A stretch of DNA of 64,000 nt from an uncultured Porphyromonadaceae bacterium (GTDB lineage Bacteria > Bacteroidota > Bacteroidia > Bacteroidales > Muribaculaceae), in NCBI GenBank assembly GCA_947175205.1, contig CAMWLS010000005.1, positions 5,209-69,208 of the forward strand, read 5' to 3'. The translations under genes and the position numbers were made by a program. The notes under the pieces were generated by a model. That model was not told where the DNA came from, did no database searches, and was given only the letters and a program-made list of their open reading frames with translations. Below, one piece after another: positions 19,167 through 28,850 of the stretch (position 1 is the first letter of the stretch; each line of letters opens with the position of its first letter).

Positions 19167-19847
19167 ATGAAGCTTCTGAAAGGTTTAATACTCATGGCTG
19201 TCCTGACATGCCTGTATGGCGTGGCCGGGGCGCAGACTGCTCCGTACAAGTTTGATTTCGGAGCGGGAGTGGGTATGAGCGGCTATCTTGGGGAGGCTAA
19301 CAATAATCTTATGAAGCATGCCGGCTTTGAGGGAGAGCTGAGTTTCCGCTACCTTCCCGATACCCGCTGGGCGGTGCGCGGCGTGCTTTCAACACTGTCA
19401 CTGAGCGGTAATACGGAGGACCTGAAGAATGTGCTTCCTGACGGAGCTCAGTACAGTTTCAAGAGTCAGGTTTATGACCTGGGGGCGCGTGTGGAGTTTA
19501 ACTTTTTTGCATACGGCATAGGAGAAACTTACAAGAGGCTCCGCCGCTGGACACCGTATATAACTGTGGGCGTGGGCGTGTGCATGGCCAGCTGTGACGG
19601 CAAACTCAATGCTGCCCCCACTCTACCCCTTGGCGCCGGAGTCAAGTTCAAGCTGCGTGAGCGTCTGAACTTAGGAGCGGAGTTTACCATGACCAAGGCT
19701 TTTGGGGACCACGTGGACGGAGTTCTGGCAGACCTGAATCAGATAAAGACAGCATTTTACAAGAATACCGACTGGTTTTCACGACTTACGATATCCATTA
19801 CATATGAATTCGGGAAGCGTTGTGAGACCTGCCATTATGTAGACTAA
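19167..19847 (+). CDS. porG: PorG/DUF6089 family outer-membrane beta-barrel
   Basis: Signal peptide, SGYLGE, NTDWFS; synteny with uppS-bamA-ompH-ompH as in Porphyromonas. Confidence 0.7.
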   Translation: MKLLKGLILMAVLTCLYGVAGAQTAPYKFDFGAGVGMSGYLGEANNNLMKHAGFEGELSFRYLPDTRWAVRGVLSTLSLSGNTEDLKNVLPDGAQYSFKSQVYDLGARVEFNFFAYGIGETYKRLRRWTPYITVGVGVCMASCDGKLNAAPTLPLGAGVKFKLRERLNLGAEFTMTKAFGDHVDGVLADLNQIKTAFYKNTDWFSRLTISITYEFGKRCETCHYVD

Positions 19848-19855
19848 CCACTATC

Positions 19856-20617
19856 ATGGAGAGTAGAGCGTCACACAAAACAGAAGCGTCACTGTCAGTG
19901 CCACGGCATGTAGCCATCATTATGGACGGGAACGGGCGTTGGGCTCAGGCCCGTGGACTGGAACGCTCAGCGGGCCATGTCCGGGGAGTTGATACGGTGC
20001 GTCTGATAACGGAGTGCGCCTCTGAGGCCGGGGTTGAGTATCTTACTCTGTATGCGTTCAGTACGGAGAACTGGAACCGTCCGCAGGCGGAGGTGGACAC
20101 GCTGATGCACCTGATAGTGATGGCTATTGAGCGCGAAACTCCGGACCTGATAAAGAATAACGTGCGCCTGAAGGTGATAGGTGACACGGAGCGTATGCCG
20201 GCTGAGGCCCGTGAGCGTCTGATGCGCTGCGTGGATGAGACTTCACATGACACCGGACTTACACTGGTGCTGGCGCTGAGCTACTCAGCCCGCTGGGAGC
20301 TTACCCGTGCCATGCGTCTTATGGGCTCAGATGTAGAGTCCGGGAAGCTGGACCCTGAGGGGATAACAGATGCCACGGTGGAGAAATATCTGGCAACTAC
20401 CGGCATGCCTGACCCTGACCTGCTGATACGCACCGGAGGGGATATGCGCGTGAGCAATTTCCTGCTGTGGCAGATAGCTTATTCAGAAATTTATGTAACT
20501 CAGAAATACTGGCCTGACTTCAGCAAGGATGACTTTATGGATGCCTTGGCAGACTTCAAGCGGCGGCAAAGACGTTTTGGCCTAACGGGTGAACAGGTAA
20601 GTTCATCAGATAAATAA
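19856..20617 (+). CDS. uppS: Undecaprenyl diphosphate synthase
   Basis: IIMDGNGRWA, AFSTENW, DLLIRTGG, SNFLLWQ. Confidence 0.97.
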   Translation: MESRASHKTEASLSVPRHVAIIMDGNGRWAQARGLERSAGHVRGVDTVRLITECASEAGVEYLTLYAFSTENWNRPQAEVDTLMHLIVMAIERETPDLIKNNVRLKVIGDTERMPAEARERLMRCVDETSHDTGLTLVLALSYSARWELTRAMRLMGSDVESGKLDPEGITDATVEKYLATTGMPDPDLLIRTGGDMRVSNFLLWQIAYSEIYVTQKYWPDFSKDDFMDALADFKRRQRRFGLTGEQVSSSDK

Positions 20618-20651
20618 AACATTTTCACTCAGAACCATTCATTATACATTC

Positions 20652-23318
20652 ATGATATTTACTCACCGATTTCACAGATATCTAACACTGCTGGGCATGG
20701 CCGTGGCTGCCTGGATGCCGGGAGCGGCACAGAATAACGCTCAGGGCACATATACCGTGGGTGACACCATATATAACCCGCCGGTGCTTTACACAGCCAT
20801 GCCGCAGACTTACGAGATTGCCGGAATAAAGGTTACCGGAGCCGGGAATTATGATGAGAATCAGCTGCTGGAGTACACCACATGGCGTGTGGGTGACAAG
20901 GTGGCTATCCCCGGCGCTGACATAACCAACGGTGTAAAGAGTCTGATGCGCCATAATCTCTTTTCTCAGGCGCAGGTGAAGGTGGAGAAGATGACTAAGG
21001 ACAAGGTGTGGCTGGAACTGGTGGTGCGTAACCATCCACGCATCAGTGAGGTTAACTACAATGGCATGAAGAAGGGGGAACGTGATGAGCTTCAGAAGCG
21101 TCTTCAGCTGATGAAGGGTAATCAGATTACAAGAAACATCATAAACAGGATAGAGCTTATAACCCGTAAATACTTCAAGGACAAGGGTTTTGGCAATGTC
21201 ACCGTGAAGGTGGACTTGCGTGAGGACCTTGCAAACCCCAATGAGGTATTTGTGGACATTAATGTGGACAAGCACTCAAAGGTAAAGGTTCACAAGATTT
21301 ATATTGACGGCAACGAGGTTCTGTCAGACAGCAAAATCAAACGAGCCATAAAGAAGACTAATGAGAGCGGGGACCTGCTGAAGCTGTTCAGCCAGAAGAA
21401 ATTTGTGCAGACGGACTATGAGGATGACCTTCGCCGCATCATAGACAAGTATAATGAGCTGGGTTACCGCGATGCCAAAATTGTGTCTGACAGCGTGGCA
21501 CCGTATGATGAGAAGAAGGTGGATGTGTTCATTACCGTGGATGAAGGCAAAAAGTACTATATCAAGGACATAAGCTGGGTGGGCAACTCTGTTTATCCCA
21601 CAGACGTGCTGAATGCGTACCTGGAAATGAAGCCCGGTGATGTGTATAACCAGAAATTACTGAACAAACGCCTTACTGAGGATGAGGATGCCGTATCAAG
21701 CGTTTACATGGATAACGGTTATCTTTTCTATCAACTGGTACCCATAGAGAAGGAGATAGTGGGTGATTCCATAAGCCTGGAAATGCGCATGTATGAGGGC
21801 AAGCAGGCCCGCATAAACAATGTTGTTATCAATGGTAATGATCGTCTGTATGAGAAAGTTATACGCCGTGAGCTCCGCGTGAAGCCCGGTGAGCTGTTCT
21901 CCAAAAGTGACCTGATGCGTTCATATCGTGAAATTGCTGCCATGGGTCATTTCAATCCTGAGACCATTGATATTCAGCCGGAGCCTAATGAAGAAAACGG
22001 CACTGTTGACATTATATTCAACCTTGAGAGCAAGGTTAATGACCAGATTGAATTCTCAATGGGCTGGGGCCAGACCGGTGTCATAGGTAAGCTGGCGCTG
22101 AAATTTACCAATTTCAGTATAAAGAACTTGTTCAAGCCCAGCACTTACAAGGGTATCATACCTCAGGGTGAGGGTCAGAGTTTCACAGTTTCCGCCCAGA
22201 CCAACGCGCGTTACTATCAGGCATATTCACTCTCATTCCTGGACCCGTGGTTTGGCGGCAAGCGTCCTAACTCACTGTCAGTATCGGCTTACTATAGCCG
22301 TCAGACTGGTGTGAATGACAGCTATTACAATCAGTCGTACATGAATAACTACGGTTATTATAACGGTCTCTACGGTGGTTATGGCAATTATGGCTACGGT
22401 TATGGCAGCGATATATACCAGAACACCATAGAAAGCGCATATGACCCCAATAAGGTAATGCAGATGGTGGGTGTTAACGTGGCCTTTGGAAAGCGTCTGA
22501 GCTGGCCTGACGACTGGTTTACCCTGACTGCTGACCTGGGTTATAACTGGTACTATCTGAAGAACTGGAACTATATCTACTTCATGCAAAACGGTACGGC
22601 CAACTCACTGACACTGGGCGTGACCCTTGCAAGAACGTCAATAGATAATCCCATCTACACACGAAGCGGCTCCATGTTCCAGCTTTCATTACAGATGACA
22701 CCTCCCGCGTCACTTTTCAGCGGACACAAGGACTGGCAGAAGCTGAGTGAGGAGAACACTACAGAAAGCAAGAAGGAGCTTTACCGATGGATAGAATACT
22801 GGAAGCTGCGCTTTAAATCACGTACCTACACTCCTCTGGCCAATGTTGCCAGCAAGTGGACTCCGGTGCTGATGACGCGTGCTGACATTGGTCTTCTGGG
22901 AAGTTATAATAAATATCTGAAGACTCCTTTTGAGACATTCTATGTGGGCGGTGACGGTATGTCAGGCGGCAGTATTTATGCCAATGAGGTGATAGCACTG
23001 CGTGGTTATGACAATGGCCAGTTCACACCCTACTCTGACGGCCGCGCCTACACCCGTTTTGGACTGGAACTTCACTTCCCTCTGATGCTGCAGAGCACTA
23101 CCACCATTTATGCGCTCACCTTCCTGGAGGCCGGTAACGCCTGGAGCAGCGTGAAAGAGTTTAATCCCTTTGACCTCAAACGAAGCGCCGGTGTGGGTCT
23201 GCGTATCCAGCTCCCCATGGTGGGTCTGATGGGTATTGACTGGGCGTATGGCTTTGATACGGTTAGAGGAATGAAAGGCGGCAGTCACTTCCACTTTATT
23301 CTGGGACAGGAATTCTAA
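20652..23318 (+). CDS. bamA: Outer-membrane protein assembly factor
   Basis: POTRA repeats, LRGY motif, C-terminal HFILGQEF. Confidence 0.96.
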   Translation: MIFTHRFHRYLTLLGMAVAAWMPGAAQNNAQGTYTVGDTIYNPPVLYTAMPQTYEIAGIKVTGAGNYDENQLLEYTTWRVGDKVAIPGADITNGVKSLMRHNLFSQAQVKVEKMTKDKVWLELVVRNHPRISEVNYNGMKKGERDELQKRLQLMKGNQITRNIINRIELITRKYFKDKGFGNVTVKVDLREDLANPNEVFVDINVDKHSKVKVHKIYIDGNEVLSDSKIKRAIKKTNESGDLLKLFSQKKFVQTDYEDDLRRIIDKYNELGYRDAKIVSDSVAPYDEKKVDVFITVDEGKKYYIKDISWVGNSVYPTDVLNAYLEMKPGDVYNQKLLNKRLTEDEDAVSSVYMDNGYLFYQLVPIEKEIVGDSISLEMRMYEGKQARINNVVINGNDRLYEKVIRRELRVKPGELFSKSDLMRSYREIAAMGHFNPETIDIQPEPNEENGTVDIIFNLESKVNDQIEFSMGWGQTGVIGKLALKFTNFSIKNLFKPSTYKGIIPQGEGQSFTVSAQTNARYYQAYSLSFLDPWFGGKRPNSLSVSAYYSRQTGVNDSYYNQSYMNNYGYYNGLYGGYGNYGYGYGSDIYQNTIESAYDPNKVMQMVGVNVAFGKRLSWPDDWFTLTADLGYNWYYLKNWNYIYFMQNGTANSLTLGVTLARTSIDNPIYTRSGSMFQLSLQMTPPASLFSGHKDWQKLSEENTTESKKELYRWIEYWKLRFKSRTYTPLANVASKWTPVLMTRADIGLLGSYNKYLKTPFETFYVGGDGMSGGSIYANEVIALRGYDNGQFTPYSDGRAYTRFGLELHFPLMLQSTTTIYALTFLEAGNAWSSVKEFNPFDLKRSAGVGLRIQLPMVGLMGIDWAYGFDTVRGMKGGSHFHFILGQEF

Positions 23319-23380
23319 GGCTAAACTTTTTTCAAACATAAGCGTCTAAGAATTATGTACAACCATTAAACTGTAAGATC

Positions 23381-23896
23381 ATGAAAAAGATATTATTAAG
23401 TCTGATATTACTTCTGGCCGGAGTTGCAGGCGCATCCGCACAGAAATTTGCCATGGTGGATATGGAGTATATTCTTAAGAATGTCCCCACTTATGAAATG
23501 GCAAATGAACAGCTGAACCAGCTGTCACAGCGCTGGCAGAAAGAGGTTGAGGCTGTGGGTAAGGAAGCAGAGAACATGTATCAGAGCTACCTTGCTGACA
23601 AGGTTTTCCTGACAGAGGAGATGACCAAGAAACGCGAGGAAGAAATTGTTGCTAAAGAAAAAGAGGCCACAGAGCTGCGCTTTAAATATTTTGGACCTGA
23701 GGGCGAACTTTACAAGAAGCGTCAGACGCTGCTTAAGCCGGTTCAGGATGACGTTTATAACGCTATAAAGAAGGTGGCTGATGAGCGTGGATACCAAGCT
23801 GTCTTTGACCGCGCGTCTTCCTCAGAAATCATTTATGCATCACCCAGAATAGACATCTCTAATGAGGTGCTTGCCAAGATGGGTTATTCCAAGTAA
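23381..23896 (+). CDS. skp: OmpH/Skp periplasmic chaperone
   Basis: Signal peptide, KFAMVDMEYIL, DISNEVL. Confidence 0.92.
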   Translation: MKKILLSLILLLAGVAGASAQKFAMVDMEYILKNVPTYEMANEQLNQLSQRWQKEVEAVGKEAENMYQSYLADKVFLTEEMTKKREEEIVAKEKEATELRFKYFGPEGELYKKRQTLLKPVQDDVYNAIKKVADERGYQAVFDRASSSEIIYASPRIDISNEVLAKMGYSK

Positions 23897-23939
23897 TAAT
23901 AAAATAAATTAATAACCATAAACTTAAACCATTACAGAA

Positions 23940-24446
23940 ATGTTAAAGAAAATCATTCTGTTTATTGCACTGGTTCTTCCCATGTCAGCATTTGCTCAGA
24001 AGTTTGGTGTAGTAAACACAGACGAAGTTTTCCAGTCACTCCCTGAATTTACGCAGATTAAGACTCAGGCAGAAGATGCAGCCAAGAAATATGAAGGTGA
24101 GTTCCAGAAACTGCGTGAAGAGCTTGAGAAGCTGTATGCTGACTTCCAGTCAATAGCTGAGGATCCCAATACTCCCCAGGCCATCAAGGAGCGCCGCATG
24201 CAGGAAATTCAGGAGCGCGAAGCCAAGGTAAATCAGTTCCGTCAGACAGCTCAGGAAGATCTGGCACGTCTTCAGCAGCAGCTGGTGGAGCCCGTGCAGA
24301 AGAAAATCATGGAAGCCATTCAGACTGTGGGACAGGAAGGTGGTTATACCTTTATTTTCCCCGCTGAACAGGGTCTTCTGCTGTACCAGAGCTCAGCTGT
24401 TGTGGACCTGACTTCAACTGTCAAGGCTAAATTAGGCGTGAAGTAA
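23940..24446 (+). CDS. skp: OmpH/Skp periplasmic chaperone (second paralogue)
   Basis: KFGVVN, GGYTFIF, VDLTSTVKAKLG. Confidence 0.92.
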   Translation: MLKKIILFIALVLPMSAFAQKFGVVNTDEVFQSLPEFTQIKTQAEDAAKKYEGEFQKLREELEKLYADFQSIAEDPNTPQAIKERRMQEIQEREAKVNQFRQTAQEDLARLQQQLVEPVQKKIMEAIQTVGQEGGYTFIFPAEQGLLLYQSSAVVDLTSTVKAKLGVK

Positions 24447-24470
24447 TAATAAGCATAGTTCAAAATTAAT

Positions 24471-24512
24471 AACTGCGTGGCTATCTTCGGATGGGCACGC
24501 AGTTTTCTTTTG
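24471..24512 (+). terminator. Intrinsic terminator of the bam operon
   Basis: AACTGCGTG-GCTATC-TTCG-GATGGG-CACGCAGTT hairpin followed by TTCTTTT. Confidence 0.85.
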
Positions 24513-24613
24513 TATGGATTATTTTCATGATTATTTCATGGATTGGCATTAGGCAAGGGGTGCGGGGATGACATGAAGGAACGTGCGTAAGTGAGAACAT
24601 AATTTAAATTTTA

Positions 24614-24644
24614 TTTGCTGATTTTTGTATTTTGTATACCTTTG
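24614..24644 (+). promoter_or_regulatory. Bacteroidetes promoter for the gene at 24790
   Basis: TTTG (24614-24617), 19-nt spacer, TACCTTTG (24637-24644). Confidence 0.7.
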
Positions 24645-24789
24645 CACGGATATAAATACAGGGCAAATATTTATAATCAAAAAGTAATCAATCAACAAAA
24701 GAATCGGTTCTTAACCATAATAAACAGGCTCTCAATTTATTCTAAAAAAGATTCTAAATCCAGCTAATTTTAACGTTCAATCTTATACA

Positions 24790-26742
24790 ATGAAAGAATT
24801 TTTAATCGCGGCCGTCGCTGCTCTCATGAGTACCGCCACAGTTACAGCCCAGTACGAGGACCCTTACAATCCTGATTATCCCGGAGGGTATGACCCAAAC
24901 AATCCCGGCGGATATGATCCTTATGACCCTAACAATCCCATTGACCCTAACATGCCATATATGGTGCGTGATATGGATGAGATGCGATTCCTCTTAACTC
25001 TTGACCAGGAGAATTACAATAACATCATGTGGGCTTATCCAAACGGGGCAAGATGTGATTTATCCGGTTGTTTCTATCCCCTCTATTTTGGCACTCGTTA
25101 CAACGGCATTAACTATGCAGCCCTGTGTGACGGCAATACAAATATGGTACTGATTGTAGAGGGAACAGAGTCTGTCACATCCAAAGATTACCTTTATACC
25201 AAATTCACTAATTTATACGGTGAACTGGATTATAACGATGGCTACCTAAAGATTATCAACCCCAATCTTACATCAGACGGTTCCATAAACAATCCCACCG
25301 GACTTTATCCATGGGACCGTTCATTAAATGAGGACGTAAGTTACATGCAGAGCAATCCCGGTGAATATATCAAGTTGACTCACGTATGTGTTCACGGAGG
25401 CGGCTATAACACTGATTATGTAGACGGAGGTACACTTTTTGACTTTGTAAGCGGTGATAATATTGAATACAACGACATTCTGAACATATACCTTACTATG
25501 GACTCAGAGAAGGAAGAAACAGCCTACTTTGATATTGAAGGATTCACCGGATATTACGATGGCAATGTCTGCTTTATACCGGTTTCATATAAACCGTCAA
25601 TGGAAAAATGGGAAATGCCTTTGACTGTTAGCAGTCAGGAGTGTCATCTTGAGTTTAACCCTGATTCAATGCTTGACCCCTCTGAAGCTGGATACAGTTT
25701 CCCCTCATTTTTCACTCCAGACATGGCCTGTTACCCCGGCTCAGTTTACATGGAGCCTAACTCTTTCAATGTGGGGTATTCAAGTTCAAATCCGGAAGTT
25801 GTGGACTATGACGGACATACATGGACTGTCAATGGACCCGGACAGTGCACAATATACGCCTGGTGCACCGGAAACAAATATTATAATGACGGTAATGCAT
25901 CAGTGGAAATGTACGTTGACAAAGCCACACCCCAATACTGGCTTGAAAGCGAGCTTGGCATTCACTATGGCGCAGAGGCTATTGGCACAACAGTCCCCGG
26001 AATAAAGCTTGTGAGCAACTACCCCCTGACATTCCGGTATTCAACCAATGACCCTAATATAGCGGAGGTGGATGAAACTACCGGTGATCTTTTCATCATA
26101 AGCGGCGGTGTGGCTACCATTACCGGTTACAGCGTAGAAGATGAAATCTTCAAGGGTGGTGAGACCATTCAGTACTGTGTTCTGATAGATGAACCGGCAG
26201 AAGGCATATCAGTGTTCAGCTTTGCACAGGCTTTCTCACATGGGCTGAATACCTCTGATTATGAGGGAGCCTATGTAAAAGAGCCCATAAACCATGATAG
26301 CGAGCCTCTGACCATCACATTCAGTGGTGACGGTGAGGGATACTGTCACACAGGTACAGGTTCAGACTGCTGTCTCCATGTGGCTCCCAACACCATCATG
26401 ACTTTCTCACATGCTGAGCGCGGTATTACAAGCATAGAATTTGACGGTGACGTAAATCACACACTTATAGAACAGCCTATGCGTGTTTCAGCCGGTGATT
26501 ACAGCGCTCCGGAAGGTCAGGCACCCGGAACAGTTTCCTTCCTGGTTAACGAGCCCAGTACCATTACACGTATCTCTGTGCAAACTTCAGAAGATCAGGT
26601 TACTTCTATCAGTGAGTTAAGCGCAGACACTGATGAAGAAGCTGTGTATTATAACCTTCAGGGGGTGCGTGTGATGAACCCCACAAGCGGAATGTATATC
26701 CGTGTTTCCAAGGGCAACGCCACAAAGGTAAATATCCGCTAA
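24790..26742 (+). CDS. Secreted protein with N-terminal P/D/N/Y repeats, Big_2-like Ig domains and a T9SS C-terminal sorting domain
   Basis: Signal peptide; YSSSNPEVV and YSTNDPNIAEVD Ig-like motifs; C-terminus ISEL...AVYYNLQGVRV...GMYIR...TKV. Confidence 0.7.
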   Translation: MKEFLIAAVAALMSTATVTAQYEDPYNPDYPGGYDPNNPGGYDPYDPNNPIDPNMPYMVRDMDEMRFLLTLDQENYNNIMWAYPNGARCDLSGCFYPLYFGTRYNGINYAALCDGNTNMVLIVEGTESVTSKDYLYTKFTNLYGELDYNDGYLKIINPNLTSDGSINNPTGLYPWDRSLNEDVSYMQSNPGEYIKLTHVCVHGGGYNTDYVDGGTLFDFVSGDNIEYNDILNIYLTMDSEKEETAYFDIEGFTGYYDGNVCFIPVSYKPSMEKWEMPLTVSSQECHLEFNPDSMLDPSEAGYSFPSFFTPDMACYPGSVYMEPNSFNVGYSSSNPEVVDYDGHTWTVNGPGQCTIYAWCTGNKYYNDGNASVEMYVDKATPQYWLESELGIHYGAEAIGTTVPGIKLVSNYPLTFRYSTNDPNIAEVDETTGDLFIISGGVATITGYSVEDEIFKGGETIQYCVLIDEPAEGISVFSFAQAFSHGLNTSDYEGAYVKEPINHDSEPLTITFSGDGEGYCHTGTGSDCCLHVAPNTIMTFSHAERGITSIEFDGDVNHTLIEQPMRVSAGDYSAPEGQAPGTVSFLVNEPSTITRISVQTSEDQVTSISELSADTDEEAVYYNLQGVRVMNPTSGMYIRVSKGNATKVNIR

Positions 26743-26795
26743 ATACGTCATTTCCGTTCCCTGAATTTGTTAAGGTCAGGGAGCTAACTTCTTAG

Positions 26796-26839
26796 AATAA
26801 AATAAGGCCGCAGATGATGTTCTGCAGCCTTATTTTATT
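26796..26839. terminator. Bidirectional intrinsic terminator between convergent genes
   Basis: AATAAAATAAGGC-CGCAGA-loop-TCTGCA-GCCTTATTTTATT. Confidence 0.85.
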
Positions 26840-26981
26840 AAGACCCCATTCCACAACAGTGTTTACGCCGGGGAACGGGTCTAAGCCTGTATAATAATGA
26901 ATGTATTAACCCGTGGCTTAAACGGTGAGAGTACATTCCACCTTCATAGGATGCCTACGGAATCAGGGGGGGGCGGGATGG

Positions 26982-27740
26982 TTAAGGGACAAGTGCATTT
27001 GTGGTAATGTAATCCACACCCATCCGGGTAAGTTCAGCAGCGCGCTCAGGGCTGTCCACAGTCCAGCAGTTCACTTTCAGCCCCGCACTGTGGCAACTAT
27101 CAATCTGATCTTGTGTCAGACAATCATGTGCAATATCCACATCAAGCCCGAGAGTAATGCACCATGGGAGATGTTGTTGCCAGTTCCCGGCACCCAGAAA
27201 CTGCAGCTTTATATCCGGCCAGGTGTTACGTATATATTCAAGGCAGGGACGCATGGAAGTAAGGATTATGCAGTTACCGCGCATACCGGCGTCCTCTATG
27301 GCAGAAATGAGCAATGGGATATTGGAAAAGTCATCAGAGTTAATACCCGTGCTCCATTTGAGTTCTATCACCGGTGTCACGCTTCCCTCCTTACATATTT
27401 CAAGGAAATCTGACAGCGTGGCAATGGTGCCAGTGTATTCTCCCGTCTTACGTAACTGAGACAGTTGCGCCTGTGAGAGTTGTTCAAGGGTAGAGGTCGC
27501 TATATCCAGTTCAGCACCCAATCTCTTGAAGTCAGCATCATGCGAAATAACCAGCTGGGTATCAGCCGTGACTCTTACGTCACATTCCATAAAGGTGTAA
27601 CCCCTGGCAACCCCATTTTTAAAAGCATCAGCGGTATTTTCCACTCCTGTATCACAACCCCTGTGACCAACAAAGACAGGATGTGCTCCGGCACACATGA
27701 GTCCGGCAGCAGCACAAACAGATAAAAGCGTACGTTTCAT
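26982..27740 (-). CDS. Glycerophosphodiester phosphodiesterase
   Basis: GHRG, ENT, ECDV, SHD, IELK, WTVD, ITTN. Confidence 0.93.
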   Translation of the reverse strand: MKRTLLSVCAAAGLMCAGAHPVFVGHRGCDTGVENTADAFKNGVARGYTFMECDVRVTADTQLVISHDADFKRLGAELDIATSTLEQLSQAQLSQLRKTGEYTGTIATLSDFLEICKEGSVTPVIELKWSTGINSDDFSNIPLLISAIEDAGMRGNCIILTSMRPCLEYIRNTWPDIKLQFLGAGNWQQHLPWCITLGLDVDIAHDCLTQDQIDSCHSAGLKVNCWTVDSPERAAELTRMGVDYITTNALVP

Positions 27741-27780
27741 ATGGATTATAATGGTTTAAGATGCTCAAAAATAGCATTTT

Positions 27781-27812
27781 TTTGTGAAAACAGAGCGTTT
27801 TTCTTACCTTTG
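27781..27812 (+). promoter_or_regulatory. Bacteroidetes promoter for the dehydratase-YfhO pair
   Basis: TTTG (27781-27784), 20-nt spacer, TACCTTTG (27805-27812). Confidence 0.7.
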
Positions 27813-27849
27813 CATCTAACAAACCAAGGAGTTTTAAACATAGCAGAAG

Positions 27850-28839
27850 ATGATAAACAGAGAAAAGCCGGTGCTTGTGACCGGTGCTGACGGATTCATA
27901 GGCTCACACCTGACACAACTGTTGCTGGACCGGGGGTACACCGTACGTGCCCTGGCGCAGTATAATTCATTCAACAACTGGGGATGGCTTGAAGACATTA
28001 AACATCCGGCACTGGAGGTGGTTTGCGGAGACGTGCGTGACCCCAACTTCTGCCGTGAGATCACACGCGGCTGCGGCACGGTATTCCATCTGGCAGCCCT
28101 GATAGCCATTCCTTTCAGCTATGTTGCTCCTGACAGTTATGTGGACACCAACATCAAAGGGACGCTCAACATGGTTCAGGCAGCCCGGGACCTGGGTGTT
28201 GACCGCATAATAGTTACCTCAACAAGTGAAGTTTACGGTACTGCTCAGTATGTACCTATACCGGAAACTCACCCGCGGCAGCCACAGAGTCCTTATTCTG
28301 CAACAAAAATTGGTGCGGACGCCATAGCCCTAAGCTTCTATAATGCTTTTGAGACTCCCGTGGTTGTGGCTCGTCCGTTTAACACTTACGGACCCCGTCA
28401 GAGCGCTCGCGCCATTATCCCCACCATAATATCACAGATAGCCTCTGGTGTAACAGAGATTGCCGTGGGAGACCTTACCCCCACCCGTGACTTCAACTAT
28501 GTGACGGACACTGCGCGGGGATTCCTGGCCCTGGCTCAGACACCGGGCATAGAAGGGCGTGAAATAAACATTGCCACCGGGACAGAGATAAGTATGGAGG
28601 AAACCCTTCATACCATAGCCCGCCTGATGGGCCGTGATGTACGCTACGTAACAGACCCGGAACGCCTCAGACCGTCAAAGAGCGAGGTACGCCGCCTATG
28701 CGGTGATAACAGTGTTATTACCTCTCTGACTGACTGGCGCCCGCAGGTAAGCCTTGAAGATGGTCTGAAAATGACCATTGACTGGTTCTGTAATCCGGAG
28801 AACCTGGCCAAGTACAAGGCCGGAATCTACAACCGCTAA
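27850..28839 (+). CDS. NAD-dependent nucleotide-sugar 4,6-dehydratase/epimerase (LegB-like extended SDR)
   Basis: GADGFIGSH, AALIAIPFSY, YSATK, RPFNTYGPRQ. Confidence 0.9.
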   Translation: MINREKPVLVTGADGFIGSHLTQLLLDRGYTVRALAQYNSFNNWGWLEDIKHPALEVVCGDVRDPNFCREITRGCGTVFHLAALIAIPFSYVAPDSYVDTNIKGTLNMVQAARDLGVDRIIVTSTSEVYGTAQYVPIPETHPRQPQSPYSATKIGADAIALSFYNAFETPVVVARPFNTYGPRQSARAIIPTIISQIASGVTEIAVGDLTPTRDFNYVTDTARGFLALAQTPGIEGREINIATGTEISMEETLHTIARLMGRDVRYVTDPERLRPSKSEVRRLCGDNSVITSLTDWRPQVSLEDGLKMTIDWFCNPENLAKYKAGIYNR

Positions 28840-28850
28840 TAACTTACGGG

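Noticed and set aside
24645-24789. Long leader as a riboswitch
   Set aside because: AT-rich, with no recognisable aptamer or terminator hairpin
24850-24960. Repetitive DNA at the start of the T9SS cargo gene as a non-coding repeat
   Set aside because: Explained by the in-frame P/D/N/Y peptide repeats
26966-26990. G8 run with nearby GGG runs after the GDPD stop
   Set aside because: Too few well-spaced G-runs for a confident G4; intergenic and not at a promoter
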